A DNA stretch of 64,000 bases from Eledone cirrhosa (lineage: Eukaryota). A program made the translations under genes and the position numbers. The stretch lies in NCBI GenBank assembly GCA_964016885.1, contig OZ024741.1:85498001-85562000 (forward strand), written 5' to 3'. This document shows, one piece after another, positions 50,928 through 64,000 of the stretch. The notes under the pieces were generated by a model. That model saw only the letters and a program-made list of their open reading frames with translations, was not told where the DNA came from and made no database searches. How positions within the stretch are numbered: the first letter of the stretch is position 1; each line of letters opens with the position of its first letter.

Positions 50928-51359
50928 GAGATATCAGTGGTATTTGAACATTAAATCTAGCAATAAATGGCAGACCAGCAACCTCCCACGCCTGAACGCA
51001 CACGACAGTTTACCGGAGGACAGACAGCCGCCATCCCGACGATAGACTGATGATGATGATGGGAGAATTGAACCAATGAACGGGCGTAGAATAACATGAT
51101 GCTAATATGTGCTGTAGATAGCTAATAGCTAAAGATTTGGACACACGGAATCGGAGACGAACTCATATACTAAGCATATCTGACGACCTTTCGACTACAG
51201 AGTCAGGTTCGATCTATAATAGGTCTTGTCTCGAGCTGATCGATAGTGAAACATATGTAATATATTATTAAATAGGTTATGATGCAAAACTGAATCCTTG
51301 TTCCTCATCCTTATAGTGCATATACATGTATATATTTCAATTTTACATCTTGAATTATT

Positions 51360-51455
51360 TCCCTTTGTTATACACCAGGAAGGTGGCCGGTCAAAAATGT
51401 ACTCGAAATTGAGAGAAAGAGAAACATAGATACATACATACATACATACATACAT
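51360..51455 (+). mobile_element. 3' terminus of the R4/Dong-like family followed by (CATA)n
   Basis: caccaggaaggtggccggtcaaaaatgtactcgaaattgagagaaagagaaa matches the reverse complement of ~2401-2455. Confidence 0.75.
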
Positions 51456-51771
51456 GATGATGATGGGTGCCCCCTCGTTATCGAGTATGGCCATTGCACG
51501 AGAGGAAAAAAAAAAAATAAATAAAATAAAAAATAAAGAATAAAAAATAAAAAATAAAAAATAAAAAATAAAAAATAAAAAAATAAAAAATAAAAAATAA
51601 AAAATAAAAAAATAAAAAAATAAAATAAAAAAAATTAAAATAAAATAAAATAATAATAATAATAAATTTAAAAAAAGAAAAAAAATATAGATATATATAT
51701 ATATATACATACATACATATATACATACACACACATACACATACACACACACACACACATACATTAATAAC

Positions 51772-51802
<31 letters not shown>

Positions 51803-51889
51803 GCAATAATAATAATAACGACAACAACAATAATAATATACATATTCATATATATATATACACACACACGCACGCACATAAGCATATCT

Positions 51890-51963
<74 letters not shown>

Positions 51964-54900
51964 TAGCAACTAACAGTGCTGCGATCGAATGTGGCTTTTT
52001 AGCCCAGCCAATGATCTAAAATGTCTTGCACAGAGTCGGCAACCAAAACATTCACTGGGAATAGTCGGCTGTGGTTGGATTTCGTGTACTTTTGCATGTC
52101 GCTTGAGCCCTCCTGCTGATTTACATTCTCTACCACATGTTTGGCAAGCATGATGAGTAGCATCTCCAACAGCAGCCTGGTAGTCAACCACTGGTCTTAC
52201 TTTATGACTGCGAAGATGACTTTCGAGTCCAGCTTTGCTTAGGCATAGTCTCGCACAGACGCTGCATGTCAGCACCATAGGAGGACCCTCGCCGTCTGGA
52301 AGTGTAACAGCAATGCCCTTCCTCACATCCCGCTTTACTTTCTCGTGTGCGATTCGAGATGCCTCAAAGGCAACTTTTCCCTCATATACAGTCTTTCTCC
52401 ATTTATTACGATCAGCAGCAATATTTTCCCATGTATCAGCAGAGATGTTAGCGTCTTTCAGAGAGGCTTTCAAGGAATCCTTATACCTCTTTTTTGGTTT
52501 ATGTAGCGGTCGTTTTCCTTTAACCAACTCTCCATAGAAGAGTTGTTTTGGTATTCTAGAATCCTTCATCCTGGCAAGGTGACCATTCCAACGGAGTCGT
52601 TGCTTAAGCACAAGAGCTTCTATACTGTCACACATAGAGCTTTCCAAAATTTCGACATCACTGATGTGGTCCCTCCAGTGAACGCCATGGATCCGTCTGA
52701 GACACATCTGATGGAAACGCTCCAATTGCTTAAGGTGGTGTCGATATGTGACCCAGGTCTCGCAGGCATAAAGAAGACAAGAGAGTACACATGCCCTGTA
52801 CACTCTTATCTTTGTCCTCCTGCATATGTCTCGCCGACCCCAGAGTCACCTTTCTAGCTTTCCGAAAGCATCACTTGCTTTCCTTATCCTAAGTGAGATT
52901 TCACTGTCAAGGTTGCCGTATCGATTGACAGTGCTTGCCAGGTAGACAAACTTATCAACCACTCCAAGTCGTTTGCCATACACATAGATGTTTGGTTCAG
53001 TGTACTGCTTACTAGGGGCAGGTTGGTACATGACGACGGTTTTCTTAAGACTGACAGTCAAACCCAGGGCAGTGCAAGCGTCAGAAAATGCATTCAAAAT
53101 GTGCTGCATATCACTCTCTGTGTGCGCTACAAGATCGCAATCATCTGCATACAAGAGGTCTCTTATGATTGATGTAAATACTTTTGTCTTCGCAGCAAAG
53201 CGCCTGATGTTAAATATGCTGCCTGAGGTTCGATATCGGATGTAAACACCATGCTCGCAATTCCTGAATGCAATACAGAAAACCATTGCAAAGTATATGG
53301 CAAACAGGGTCGGTGCTGGAATATCCCCCTGTTTCAATCCATTTTTTACTGAGATAGGCTCCGACATGTTACCTCCGACATTAACCCAAGCCTTCATGTC
53401 GTCATGGAAAGACCTAACTAAAGCAAGGAACTTATCAGGTCAACCAAGTTTCTGGAGAACCTTCCATAATGCATCTCTGTTGACAGTATCGAAAGCCTTT
53501 GTCAGATCGACAAAAATCTGATACAGATCCAAGCCTTGTTCAATGCACTTCTCCTGGAGCTGTCTAGCTGAGAAGATCATATCAGTAGTGCCGCGTCCAG
53601 CACGAAAACCAGATTGACTTTCAGGAACAACACAATCTGCAATGTGTGTCAGCAGACGGTCCAGAAGCACCCTACATAAAACTTTCCCTACGACAGAAAG
53701 CAATGATATACCTCTGTAGTTTCCACAATCATTCCTGTTACCCTTTCCCTTGTACAAGACTACCATTACTGCATCTCTCCAGTCCTCAGGTACGGATTCA
53801 TTAGCCCATATCCTTCCAAACAAAGAGTGCAGATGTTGCAGGAGTCTCTCACCACCATATTGTAGGAGCTCAGAATGTATGCCATCCATACCTGGAGATC
53901 TTCCACTGTTCGGCTTCGAAATAGCCACTGCAACCTCCACAAGCGTCGGAGGTTCTGCGAGAGCTACTTTCACAGGATTTTCTGGAATGAGATTGAGGAA
54001 ATCTTCACTGACGACAGACGGCTGATTCAAAAGATCATCAAAGTGCTTTCGCCACCTTCGTAGAATTCCTTGTGAGTCACGAAGAAGTTCTTTGCCATCC
54101 TTGCTGCGAAGCGGTATCACCAGAGAAGAAGACGGTCCATAAACCTCACGCAAGAGACTGTACAACAGCTTTGTGTTATTGGAATCAGACGCAGTTTGTA
54201 TCTCACCAGCCTTCTCACTCCACCACTGATCCTTCATCTGAGAAAGACTCCGCCTAACACGTGATTTTACATCCCTGAGCTCCTCATGCAACGTATTCCT
54301 CTCTTGTGGTTTTGCCGTCAAGTAGCGTGACAGAGCACGCCTCTTATCAGCCAACAAGTCCTCTATATGTACATCATTCTCATTAAACCAGTCCTGATGT
54401 TTTCTCTGCACCAATCCCAGAACACGCCTGCCTACATCATAAACCGAGTTTTTAAGGGTCGGCCAATCCTCACCAAGATCTGCAGCCTGCATCTCTTCTT
54501 CCAATGTCCTCTTCACATTTTTATCCTTAAGACAAGCAGCATTCAATCTTTTGGGCAGGGTAACACCAGGAGCCCGGATTTTACGTTTGGTGATTAGTTT
54601 CACTTTTGCGCGTACCAGGCGGTGGTCCGTCCAGCACTCAGCTCCACGAAGAACACGAACACACTGCACATCCTGTCTGTCACGCATCCTGACTAGGACG
54701 TAGTCCAAAAGATGCCATTCCTTAGATGCAGGATGCATCCATGTGGTCTTGAATTTGTTCTTTTGTTGGAACATGGTGTTGGTAACACAGAGATCCAGCT
54801 CCTCACACATCTGCAGCAGGAGCATACCATTGCTGTTACACTTTCCCACCCCATGCCTTCCGATTACATTCCATGTGTTAAAATCCCTACCCACTCTAGC

Positions 54901-55342
54901 ATTAAAGTCACCAAGCACGATGACTTTGTCTGCCTGAGGGATATTTCTTAAAACACCTTTCAAGGCATGGTAAAAGGACAGTTTTTCTTCATCGACAGAA
55001 TTCATAGTTGGAGCATACACACTCACCAGGGTAGCATATCTTCCTTTGTCCAGCGGAACTCTCATGGACATAAGACGCTCACTAATCCCTACTGGGAATT
55101 CTTCTAATTTATTCACAAGTACAGTCTTAACAGCAAATCCTACCCCAGCCTCTCTTCTGGTTCCTTCATCTCTTCCTTTCCAGAAGAATGTATATTCTCC
55201 ACAAAATTCCGTAAGATGACCATCTCCAGCTAACCTCGTCTCAGATAAAGCCACGATGTCAAGATCGTAACGTCGAAGCTCCTTTGCAACAAGAGCGGTC
55301 CTTCGTTCAGGACGCTCCAAGGAATCCCTGTCAAGCAGAGTC
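51455..55342 (-). mobile_element. Near full-length RTE-clade LINE: APE endonuclease, RT and three C2H2 zinc fingers; two frameshifts
   Basis: TLLDR..PERRTALVAKEL..ALSETR..GVGF..YAPT..LGDFNARVG..LDY..WTDH; NYRGISLL, QSGFR, FVDLTKAFD, KQGD, YADD. The C-terminus has three CxxC-x12-HxxxH units. A putative 3' end atggccatactcgataacgagg-(cat)n lies at ~51455-51495. Confidence 0.93.
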
Positions 55343-55824
55343 TCTCTCTATTGGCAAACATTTGTGAAATTATAAAACCAGAATATACATACATACATAC
55401 ATACATACATACATACATACATACATACATACATACATACTCACACACATACATAATACATACATATATACATACTCATACACATACATACATACATACA
55501 TACATACATACATACATACATACATACATACATAAATACATACATACATACATACATGCATACATACATACTTACATACATACATACACATATATATGCT
55601 GATTTTAAGTTGTACTCGTGTTTCCTGCCACGTGCATGTGTTAAATTATATGTCTTGTCACAGTCAGCTGTGAACGTTTTGTACGAGAGCTGTGTATTGT
55701 AGTAACAACGCTGTATAACACGTGACAATCAACCGACGCTAATATGGCGCTTAATATGCAAAATACGACACACTTACATATAATATTTACCCAGCAAAAA
55801 TAATGTAATAGACACGTGTATGTT

Positions 55825-55968
<144 letters not shown>

Positions 55969-56034
55969 GTATGCACGTTCTTTAAGCGCGAGTGTGTATG
56001 CGTGTCTTTATGGGTAAGTATCTATCTTTCTATC

Positions 56035-56109
<75 letters not shown>

Positions 56110-56121
<12 letters not shown>

Positions 56122-57137
56122 GGTTGACGGGACTAATATGAGTTTCACTGCTAGTACCGGTTGCATCTCAGTGTACTCAATAAGTAATGTTATGTAAAAT
56201 CCCAGAGTAGACACAGAGTTATTTGCTTAAATACAACACACGCAAATCTATACCCGTACTCGAGTTTCGGCCACACATAATGCAGCAATAGAGTGCACAG
56301 CATCCAGTCTGCATTTATTATGCAACAATTTACAATCGACGCATGTAGCTTCATCAGCGGATTTCGCCTAATCAATAATCAATCGATCGACAGAATTCGA
56401 TTCCAGTCAGTGTCGGCTATTACAGTGAATGTGACAAGCAACACAGTAGTACATTAGCAACTGAAATCCCTACGCGTCATCACAATTGCCGTCAACTGAT
56501 TGGCTACTGGTTCAGAAATTTACGTGACGGTAGGAAACGAAATTTAAATAGATCCGCTCCCGCGATAAGCACTCTCTAACGTATCTCAAACACAATTTAA
56601 TAAGTTAGTGGAAAAATCGGTTATTAAAGAAAATCAGTCTCCAATCGTTGTACAATTGAATGGTACCATGGCGAAAAATAGTGCGACAGTAGCAATGATA
56701 GAGCCTAAAGCCTTTCCGGACATTAAATGCCAACAGGCAATTAGACAGCGATACAAAGTTAGCGCGCTGGTTAGAATTCGAATTCTAGGTATTTCCACCA
56801 ACCACATGCGTAAACCAGTCAACTTCACAACTTGTACGATTCAATAGGTGAGTGAGAGAGAAAGATAGAACATGTATTAGAGCGCATATTAAACAAAATA
56901 CAATACAAATATGGAAAATTGTTCAACATACTCTCATTGTTAATCTGCTAGTTGGGAGAAATAATAAGTTTACGGGACTATCATGGGATTCACTGGTAGT
57001 ACCGGTTTTATTTAAGTGTACTCAATAGGTAATTTTATGTAAAATCCCAGAGTAGACACAGAGTTATTTGCTTCAATACAACACACGTAGCTCAAACCTA
57101 TACTAATACCCGAGTTTCGGCCACACATAATGCAGCA

Positions 57138-57140
<3 letters not shown>
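56110..57140. repeat. Diverged ~180-bp direct repeat (~56110-56292 and ~56960-57140)
   Basis: Shared acgggacta..tcactg.tagtaccggtt..gtgtactcaata..tatgtaaaatcccagagtagacacagagttatttgctt..cgagtttcggccacacataatgcagcaatagag. Confidence 0.8.
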
Positions 57141-57197
<57 letters not shown>

Positions 57198-57228
57198 AGA
57201 GAGAGAGAGAGAGAGGGAGAGAGGGAGG

Positions 57229-57298
<70 letters not shown>

Positions 57299-57980
57299 TA
57301 TATATAGAGAGAGAGTTACTTACCCGTACAGACATATATATAAATGTGTGTATATATACGTATATATGTGTGCGTGTATGTATATATATATATATATATA
57401 TATGTGAAAAAAATGGGGAGAAGAATACTGCATGGTTGCACATGGATAACATGTTATAAAATGAGTCCCTCATCAGTGATTTACCAACGGTCATAGGTAT
57501 TTCATTGCATTAAAAATCATATACCTCACGTTGGCGCAATAATAACTAAAATAAGTTATTAGGACAATTAAAACGCATAAAGCGAGTGAGACAAGTAAAC
57601 AACATAGAGGAAAGCTAACCGAAGATAGGAAAAGACACAAGCTACATAGTTATTCTATCAGTATAAGCTGGGTGAATATATGAGCGAGTAGTAAATAGAC
57701 CTTTCGAGATGAATCCGATGTAAGAAAGAAGGAATCGTTAACGTCGCGAACGGGGGGAAGTGAGAAGGGGAGAAACAGTGAGTGAGTGAGTGGAAGTGTG
57801 AGGAAGAGGTCAGTAGAGAGAAAGTGTTAACTGATATGACAGAGGGGACGAAAGAAAGTAAGAGAAACAGAGAGAACGAGGGAGCAGTAAGAGAGAGATA
57901 GAGAGAGAAAACAGAATCGCAGTTTAGGTAAATATATGTGAAAAAATGGGGAGAAGAATACTGCATGGTTGCACATGGAT

Positions 57981-58052
<72 letters not shown>

Positions 58053-58364
58053 CATATACAATATATTAACAAATGGAAACTATATTTATAAAACCATATT
58101 TATTTTATTATACATATTTCAAGGGCCACCAAGGCAAATTAGGGTGCGCTTTCATCAGATAAAATACAATACAAATTAGAAGCTACATTCTTAGCGAGTA
58201 TAAATGACAAGTAAGTATGTTTTGAAACAGTGAGCAGGTTTGAAATTAGAAAATAGAATAGCTTTCACCGTATTTTTTACTAAAGAAATTTTAGTCTGAT
58301 ATGAGGTTTTTTTTCTCACTGTTTCAAAACATACTTACTTGTCATATATATATATATATATATA

Positions 58365-58395
<31 letters not shown>

Positions 58396-58776
58396 GTGTG
58401 TGTATATATATATATATATATAGTGTATATATATAGTGTGTATATATATATATATATATATAGTGTTAGTATCATAAATAAGAGACAGTTTAATTTGTAC
58501 ATTTTATTACAGCATTCCTTTATACGTATATATACATACATAAACATGTTGTTTACAGTTGTATAAAAAAGTATAATTGTTTCTACTTTTGGCACAAGGC
58601 CAGCAATTATGCCAGTACATTACAGGTACTTTATTATATATAATATATATTATACGACATTCCTCTCTCTTTCTTAATCTGTCTTTTTAGACAGATACAT
58701 AGCTATAACGTCGCACGTTTATTTCTGTCTGTATGTCTGGCTGTCTGCATTGACTTCGCTTCTAACCAACTTTTAA

Positions 58777-58847
<71 letters not shown>

Positions 58848-58859
58848 TATATTCATGTA

Positions 58860-59850
58860 CATATTTTCAACAGTAATACTATACTATATATTTTCAAAAG
58901 TAATACTATACTATATATTTTCAACAGTAATACTATACTATATTATATATTTTCAACAGTAATACTATACTATGTATTTTCAACAGTAATACTATACTAT
59001 ATATTTTCAACAGTAATACTATACTATATATTTTCAACAGTAATACTGGACTATATATTTTCAACAGTAATACTGTACTATACTATATATTTTTAATAGT
59101 AATACTGTATTATACTATATATTTTCAACAGTAATACTGTACTATACTATATATTTTTAATAGTAATACTGTATTATACTATATATTTTCAACAGTAATA
59201 CTGTACTATATATTTTTAATAGTAATACTGTACTATATATTTTCAACAGTAATACTGTACTATATATTTTCAACAGTAATACTATACTATATAATTTTAA
59301 CAGTAATACTGTACTATATATTTTTAATAGTAATACTGGACTGTATATTTTTAACAGTAATACTATACTATATATTTTCAACAGTAATACTGTACTATAC
59401 TATATATTTTCAACAGTAATACTATACTATTTATTTTCAACAGTAATACTATACTATATTATATATTTTCAACAGTAATACTATACTTATATTTTCAACG
59501 GTAATACTATAATATACTATATATTTTCAACAGTAATACTATGCTATACTACATATTTTCAACAGTAATACTGTACTATATATTTTCAACAGTAATACTT
59601 TACTATATATTTTCAACAGTAATACTGTACTATATATTTTCAACAGTAATACTGTACTATATATTTTCAACAGTAATACTATACTATATATTTTCAACAG
59701 TAATACTGTACTATATATTTTCAACAGTAATACTGCACTATATATTTTCAACAGTAATACTATACTATACTACATATTTTCAACAGTAATACTGTACTAT
59801 ATATTTTTAATAGTAATACTGGACTATATATTTTCAACGGTAATACTATA
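58860..59850. repeat. ~1 kb minisatellite, 27-bp unit ACAGTAATACTRTACTATATATTTTCA with 32-bp variants
   Basis: Directly visible tandem units. Confidence 0.95.
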
Positions 59851-60369
59851 TATATTACACAGACGGCTTATCGTCTGTTTATCCAGAACACGCTAATGGT
59901 AGCCAGGCGCCAACCGGACGGGCAAATAGTGTATATATATATATATTTAAATGATTTCGAGCGTTTAGCGTGTAAAAATTTCGTAAAATTGTAGGGATCT
60001 CGAACGCCGAAATAGCTGTAAAACAATCGGCTGCTATGATGATCATAGCAAAGATTCGAGTTAAAGAAAACCTCTTAACGAATGGAAATGCGACCAGATT
60101 AGAAATAAAGAGAGAAAGAGAGAGAGAGAGAGTGTGTGTGTGAGAGAGAGAGGGGGAGGGAGAGAGGGGGGAATGAAAGGATTGGAGTGTATAGCATATT
60201 CTATACAACTATTTCCGTGTTCAAGCTTCCTACAATTTTACGAAATATATGTCAGTATATGTATGTGTGTGTATATATATATCCAATAACCGTAATGAGG
60301 GAGTACCCTCTCGTCCTTGTTTTATTTTATTATATATATATATTATATATATATCTTGAACTTTACAAC

Positions 60370-61030
60370 TTATCTCATTCCAGAAACAACATAGAATTCT
60401 GGAGTTCCGTGTTCTGAAAGCGATGAATCCTTCAATGACATTATTTGTTGTTCTTTGGATGATGAAAACTTTTCCTCGCAAGAAGTTGTCTAAATGCTTG
60501 AAAAATCGTAATTCAGTTGGGGAACGATCCGGTGAGTATGGTGGACGAGCCAGAAATTCGTAGCCCAATTAGTTCAACTTCTAGAGCGTTGGTTGTGCGA
60601 TGTGTAGTCAAACATTATTATGAAATAGGATTGGACCTTTTCTACTGACCATTATTAGAAACAAACGATGTCATTTTTATGCATTTCATCGATTTTGTGA
60701 CAATACTGTGATTGTTTTGTCAGGATTCATAAACCTGTAGTGTATAATCCTGCTGCGGGCCATCAAACAATCGCCATAACCTTCTTTTGGTGCAAGTTCG
60801 GCTCTGGGAAGTGTTTAGAAACCTAATCTTGGTCCAACTACGGTGCAGAACGTTGTCGGTGGTTGTACAGAATCCACTTTTCATCACACCTCTCAATGCG
60901 GTCAAGAAATTGGTCTTTTTTGTTGCGAGGAAAAAGTTAAGTGTAGACTTCATTGCGAAGATTTTTCAAGTCTTCCTTCAATTCGTGTGGCACCTATTTT
61001 TCAAGCTTATTCGACTTTCCAGGTTAGCCA
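60370..61030 (-). pseudogene. Mariner (Tc1/mariner) transposase relic
   Basis: K*VPHEL (WVPHEL motif), CDEKWILYN, PNLHQKKVM and RPPYSPDRSPTELRFFKHLDNFLRGKVF (YSPDLAP motif), with stops and frameshifts. Confidence 0.88.
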
Positions 61031-61552
61031 ATTACATACAATTGACTATATGACTGTTTAACAGCATAATTAAAACGTGATTATATTTATAGCGGTTTTG
61101 GCAGAGGCGGTACCATAGCCAATGAGGGTTATCCAAGGCGTAGTTATTGCTAGTAGAAAACTAAACTAAAAACTATAATATTTGGCAGATGTGCTAATGT
61201 TATCTTCCTATAGAATCAATAATTTATCTGACATGTACCACTTGTAGGATCGGGTGATCGAATTGGTAAGATCGTTAAAGCACTGGATATTGGTTTTTCT
61301 CTGTTTTCTGAGTTCAAATTCCGCCGAAGTCTGCTTCGCATTTTATCATTTCGGAATGAATGGGAAAAGAAATATTAGCCTACTGCTAGTCTTTTCTTGC
61401 TGTAACATCTTAGGTGTTCCGCGGTATGTCTGTGCCTGCTAGTGCCTGCAGAGGCCTCTAAATCCCTTAGCAAAAGCATGGTACACACTATCAAGTCATA
61501 TTTGATTACCAATGTAATTAACTACTATAGCCATATATATATATATATAGCC

Positions 61553-61582
<30 letters not shown>

Positions 61583-61583
<1 letters not shown>

Positions 61584-62138
61584 CAAGCAAATTATAAATG
61601 TAAACATGTAAGTATGTTTTTGAAATAGTGCGCGAGTTTGAAATTAGAAATTAGAAATTATAAGCTTTCACCGTATTTTAGACTAAAGAAATTTCTAGCC
61701 TGATAGTGGGGTTTATAACCCTCGGAGAAATGGAAAAAGATGAGTGTTTGCGTACATGGGAGTCGAACCCACATCTTTGGTTATCCAGACCACTGTGCTA
61801 CCATTACACCAATACACCTCCCATCTCCTTCCATTCGAATTAGAAGCTATGAACTTAGCAAGTGAATGATAAACAAGCAAATTATAAACGTAAACATGTA
61901 AGTATGTTTTTGAAACGGTGCGCGAGTTTGAAATTAGAAATTAGAAATTATAAGTTTTCACCGTATTTTAGACTAAAGAAATTTCTAGCCTGATAGTGGG
62001 GTTTATAACCCTCGGAGAAATGGAAAAAGATGAGTGTTGCCGTACATGGGAGTCGAACCCACATCTTTGGTTATCCAGACCACTGTGCTACCATACACCA
62101 ATACACATCCCATCTCCTTCCATTCGAATTAGAAGCTA
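61583..62138. repeat. 290-bp tandem dimer containing a tRNA-like module; other family pieces at ~58205-58344 and 63753-64000
   Basis: ACAAGCAAATTATAAA occurs at 61583 and 61873, and the units are highly similar. Confidence 0.9.
61748..61818 (-). pseudogene. tRNA-like cloverleaf (pseudo-tRNA or SINE head; loop reads GGA); second copy ~62039-62107
   Basis: GGTGTAT-TG-GTGT-AATGGTA-GCAC-A-GTGGT-CTGGATA-ACCAA-AGAT-GTGGG-TTCGACT-CCCAT-GTACGCA. A and B boxes are present, TTTTT lies ~10 nt downstream, and the acceptor and anticodon stems have mismatches. Confidence 0.65.
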
Positions 62139-62139
62139 T

Positions 62140-62410
62140 AATTTTGAGTATGTGTTAGTTGTTTACCGACACCTCAGTATGCAGACTGGAGCACTCAACG
62201 AAGTGCGCAGGTTTGTCTGTTTACTCCGGAGTAATGTAAAAACAAGAAGTGTAATTGAACAGGGTAAAATTAGCTTCGTTTATTCACTGCGGTCATAGCT
62301 CTGAGGTCATAGCACTGAGGTCATAGCTGTTGAATAATGGCTATCACCGAAATATAAATAGCAGCGAATATGAATAAACGAAGCTAATTTTACCCTGTTG
62401 ACTTACATTT
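62140..62410. repeat. Hammerhead-associated dispersed repeat copy with internal inversion
   Basis: 62140-62290 resembles 22587-22715. Segment ~62250-62287 is inverted at ~62371-62407, and GAGGTCATAGC..TCACCGAAATATAAATAGCAG retains the 3' part of the hammerhead. Confidence 0.7.
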
Positions 62411-62647
62411 TTGTTTTATATATGTTTTTTTTTTTTTCAACATACTGAATATGTGGAGATACTGAATATAGAATTTTATGCAGTCTCGATTACTTTGCAT
62501 TGTATATATTTAGAGAGATAAATACATTATCAGTTGATGAAAGTTGGTTGATCAAAAATTACCGACTTTTTCGAAAACAGACGTGAAACACTCTACGGTT
62601 TGTATCCCCTAGGGTTTTCTCCGTAAGATATCGCCAGGAGTTTTAGT

Positions 62648-62759
62648 ATAATAAATAAAAGAGACGGTTTTATTCATATATCTTCATTTTATTATCTAAT
62701 TCATGAATTAGATAATAAAACGAAGATGTACGAATAAAACCGTCTCTCTTATTTATTAT
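62648..62759. repeat. ~110-bp imperfect palindrome centred on AATTCATGAATT
   Basis: The arms ..gagacggttttattc..ttttattatctaattca|tgaattagataataaaa..gaataaaaccgtctc.. are reverse complements. Confidence 0.85.
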
Positions 62760-62795
62760 TATTATCATATTTATATATATATATATATCCCTTAG

Positions 62796-63740
62796 CAGAT
62801 TAATTGCATAAGTTTATTTTAAAAACTACCCAGTCGAGAGCTTATTCGATTTGTGCTATTTATGCAATTTTTTGCATGGATTTACGCATACTGAATTCAT
62901 TTGCCAAAATATGGGGTTTTTCTCCCGTGAGTTACGCATGTTTCTTTACAAAACACTGTGTCATCCACAACACTGGCGCAGAACAAAATACCTGTTGATA
63001 ACGTGATATTCCTCGTTCGATCATTATACCAAAAGCTTATTGTTTTAAGCAGACAGTATTATTGATTTAGGTGTCGCAGAAACCCTGTACTGGATTTTAC
63101 CATCAATTCCAAGGGTTCAGGCTTGTTATATATATATATGTATATGTATACATATATATATATATATGAATATATCATTTATTTTGTCTGACCTGTTTAG
63201 CTTGACTTGTTTTTTTGCTTCTTGACCGCCTTCTCAGTTTGTATGGCCTTTATAACCTATGTTTATTGCTCTGGTCTTTTTAGCTCGTGGGGCGCTTGCC
63301 AGCATGACTCAGAATTTGCGTTACGTTTCGCTTTTTCTACCCGTCTAAATGCGATTCTCGCTGAATTTATATTTGTATTAATCTCCCGAGTCTTACAATT
63401 AACCTGTTAATAATTCTATTGACAGATTAATTGCATAAGTTTATTTTAAAAACTACCCGGTCGAGAGCTTATTTGATTTGTGTTATTTATGCAATTTTTT
63501 GCATGGATTTACACATACTGAATTCATTTGCCAAAATCTGGGGTTTACACATGTGCTTTTACAAAAACTGTGTCATCCACAACACTGGCGCAGAACAAAA
63601 TACCTGTTGATAACGTGATATTCCTCATTCGATCATTATACCAAAAGCTTATTGTTTTAAGCAGACAGTATTATTGATTTAGGTGTCGCAGAAACCCTGT
63701 ACTGGATTTTACCATCAATTCCAAGGGTCTAGATTTGTTA
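62796..63740. repeat. ~320-bp direct repeat (62796-63118 and 63423-63728)
   Basis: Both start CAGATTAATTGCATAAG and end CCATCAATTCCAAGGGT shortly before (TA)n. Confidence 0.88.
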
Positions 63741-63849
63741 TATATATATATATAAGCAAATTATAAATGTAAACATGTAAGTATGTTTTTGAAACGGTGC
63801 GCGAGTTTGAAATTAGAAATTAGAAATTATAAGCTTTCACCGTATTTTA

Positions 63850-64000
63850 GACTAAAGAAATTTCTAGCCTGATAGTGGGGTTTATAACCCTCGGAGAAAT
63901 GGAAAAAGATGAGTGTTCCGTACATGTACGGCAACACTCATCTTTTTCCATTTCTCCGAGGGTTATAAACCCCACTATCAGGCTTGAAATTTCTTTAGTC
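63850..64000. repeat. Palindrome centred on GTACATGTAC (63920-63929), running off the window end
   Basis: 63930-64000 is a near-perfect reverse complement of 63850-63919. Confidence 0.9.

Noticed and set aside
51970-52270. Host C2H2 zinc-finger gene
   Set aside because: The fingers are in frame with the RTE post-RT region, so they belong to the LINE.
59157-59789. LLLKIYST repeat proteins
   Set aside because: They are translations of the 27-bp minisatellite.
61748-61818. Functional tRNA-Ser(GGA)
   Set aside because: It has no long variable arm, has mismatched stems and T at position 37, and is embedded in a repeat family.

Overview
Eukaryotic, AT-rich, microsatellite-saturated DNA. The SINE and repeat content suggests an octopus or other coleoid cephalopod (inference). 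I found no supportable host protein-coding gene. The window holds retroelements (R4/Dong-like, CRE-like, a near full-length RTE LINE with three C2H2 fingers, RTE and other LINE fragments, and two Penelope-like GIY-YIG families), a mariner relic, tRNA-derived SINEs, two related 23-27 bp minisatellites, and a tandem segmental duplication (~13.1-29.9 kb and ~29.9-44.0 kb). The main finding is a 310-bp tandem array at 17.6-19.8 kb in which every unit carries a type I hammerhead ribozyme, i.e. a candidate retrozyme or circular-RNA system. It is present in only one duplicate copy. Several other hammerhead families occur, including CCGAAGA-core variants in Penelope terminal repeats. Many unrelated elements share a head-to-head architecture with both 3' ends pointing out into (TA)n. 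All structures were folded by eye and coordinates of degraded elements are approximate.
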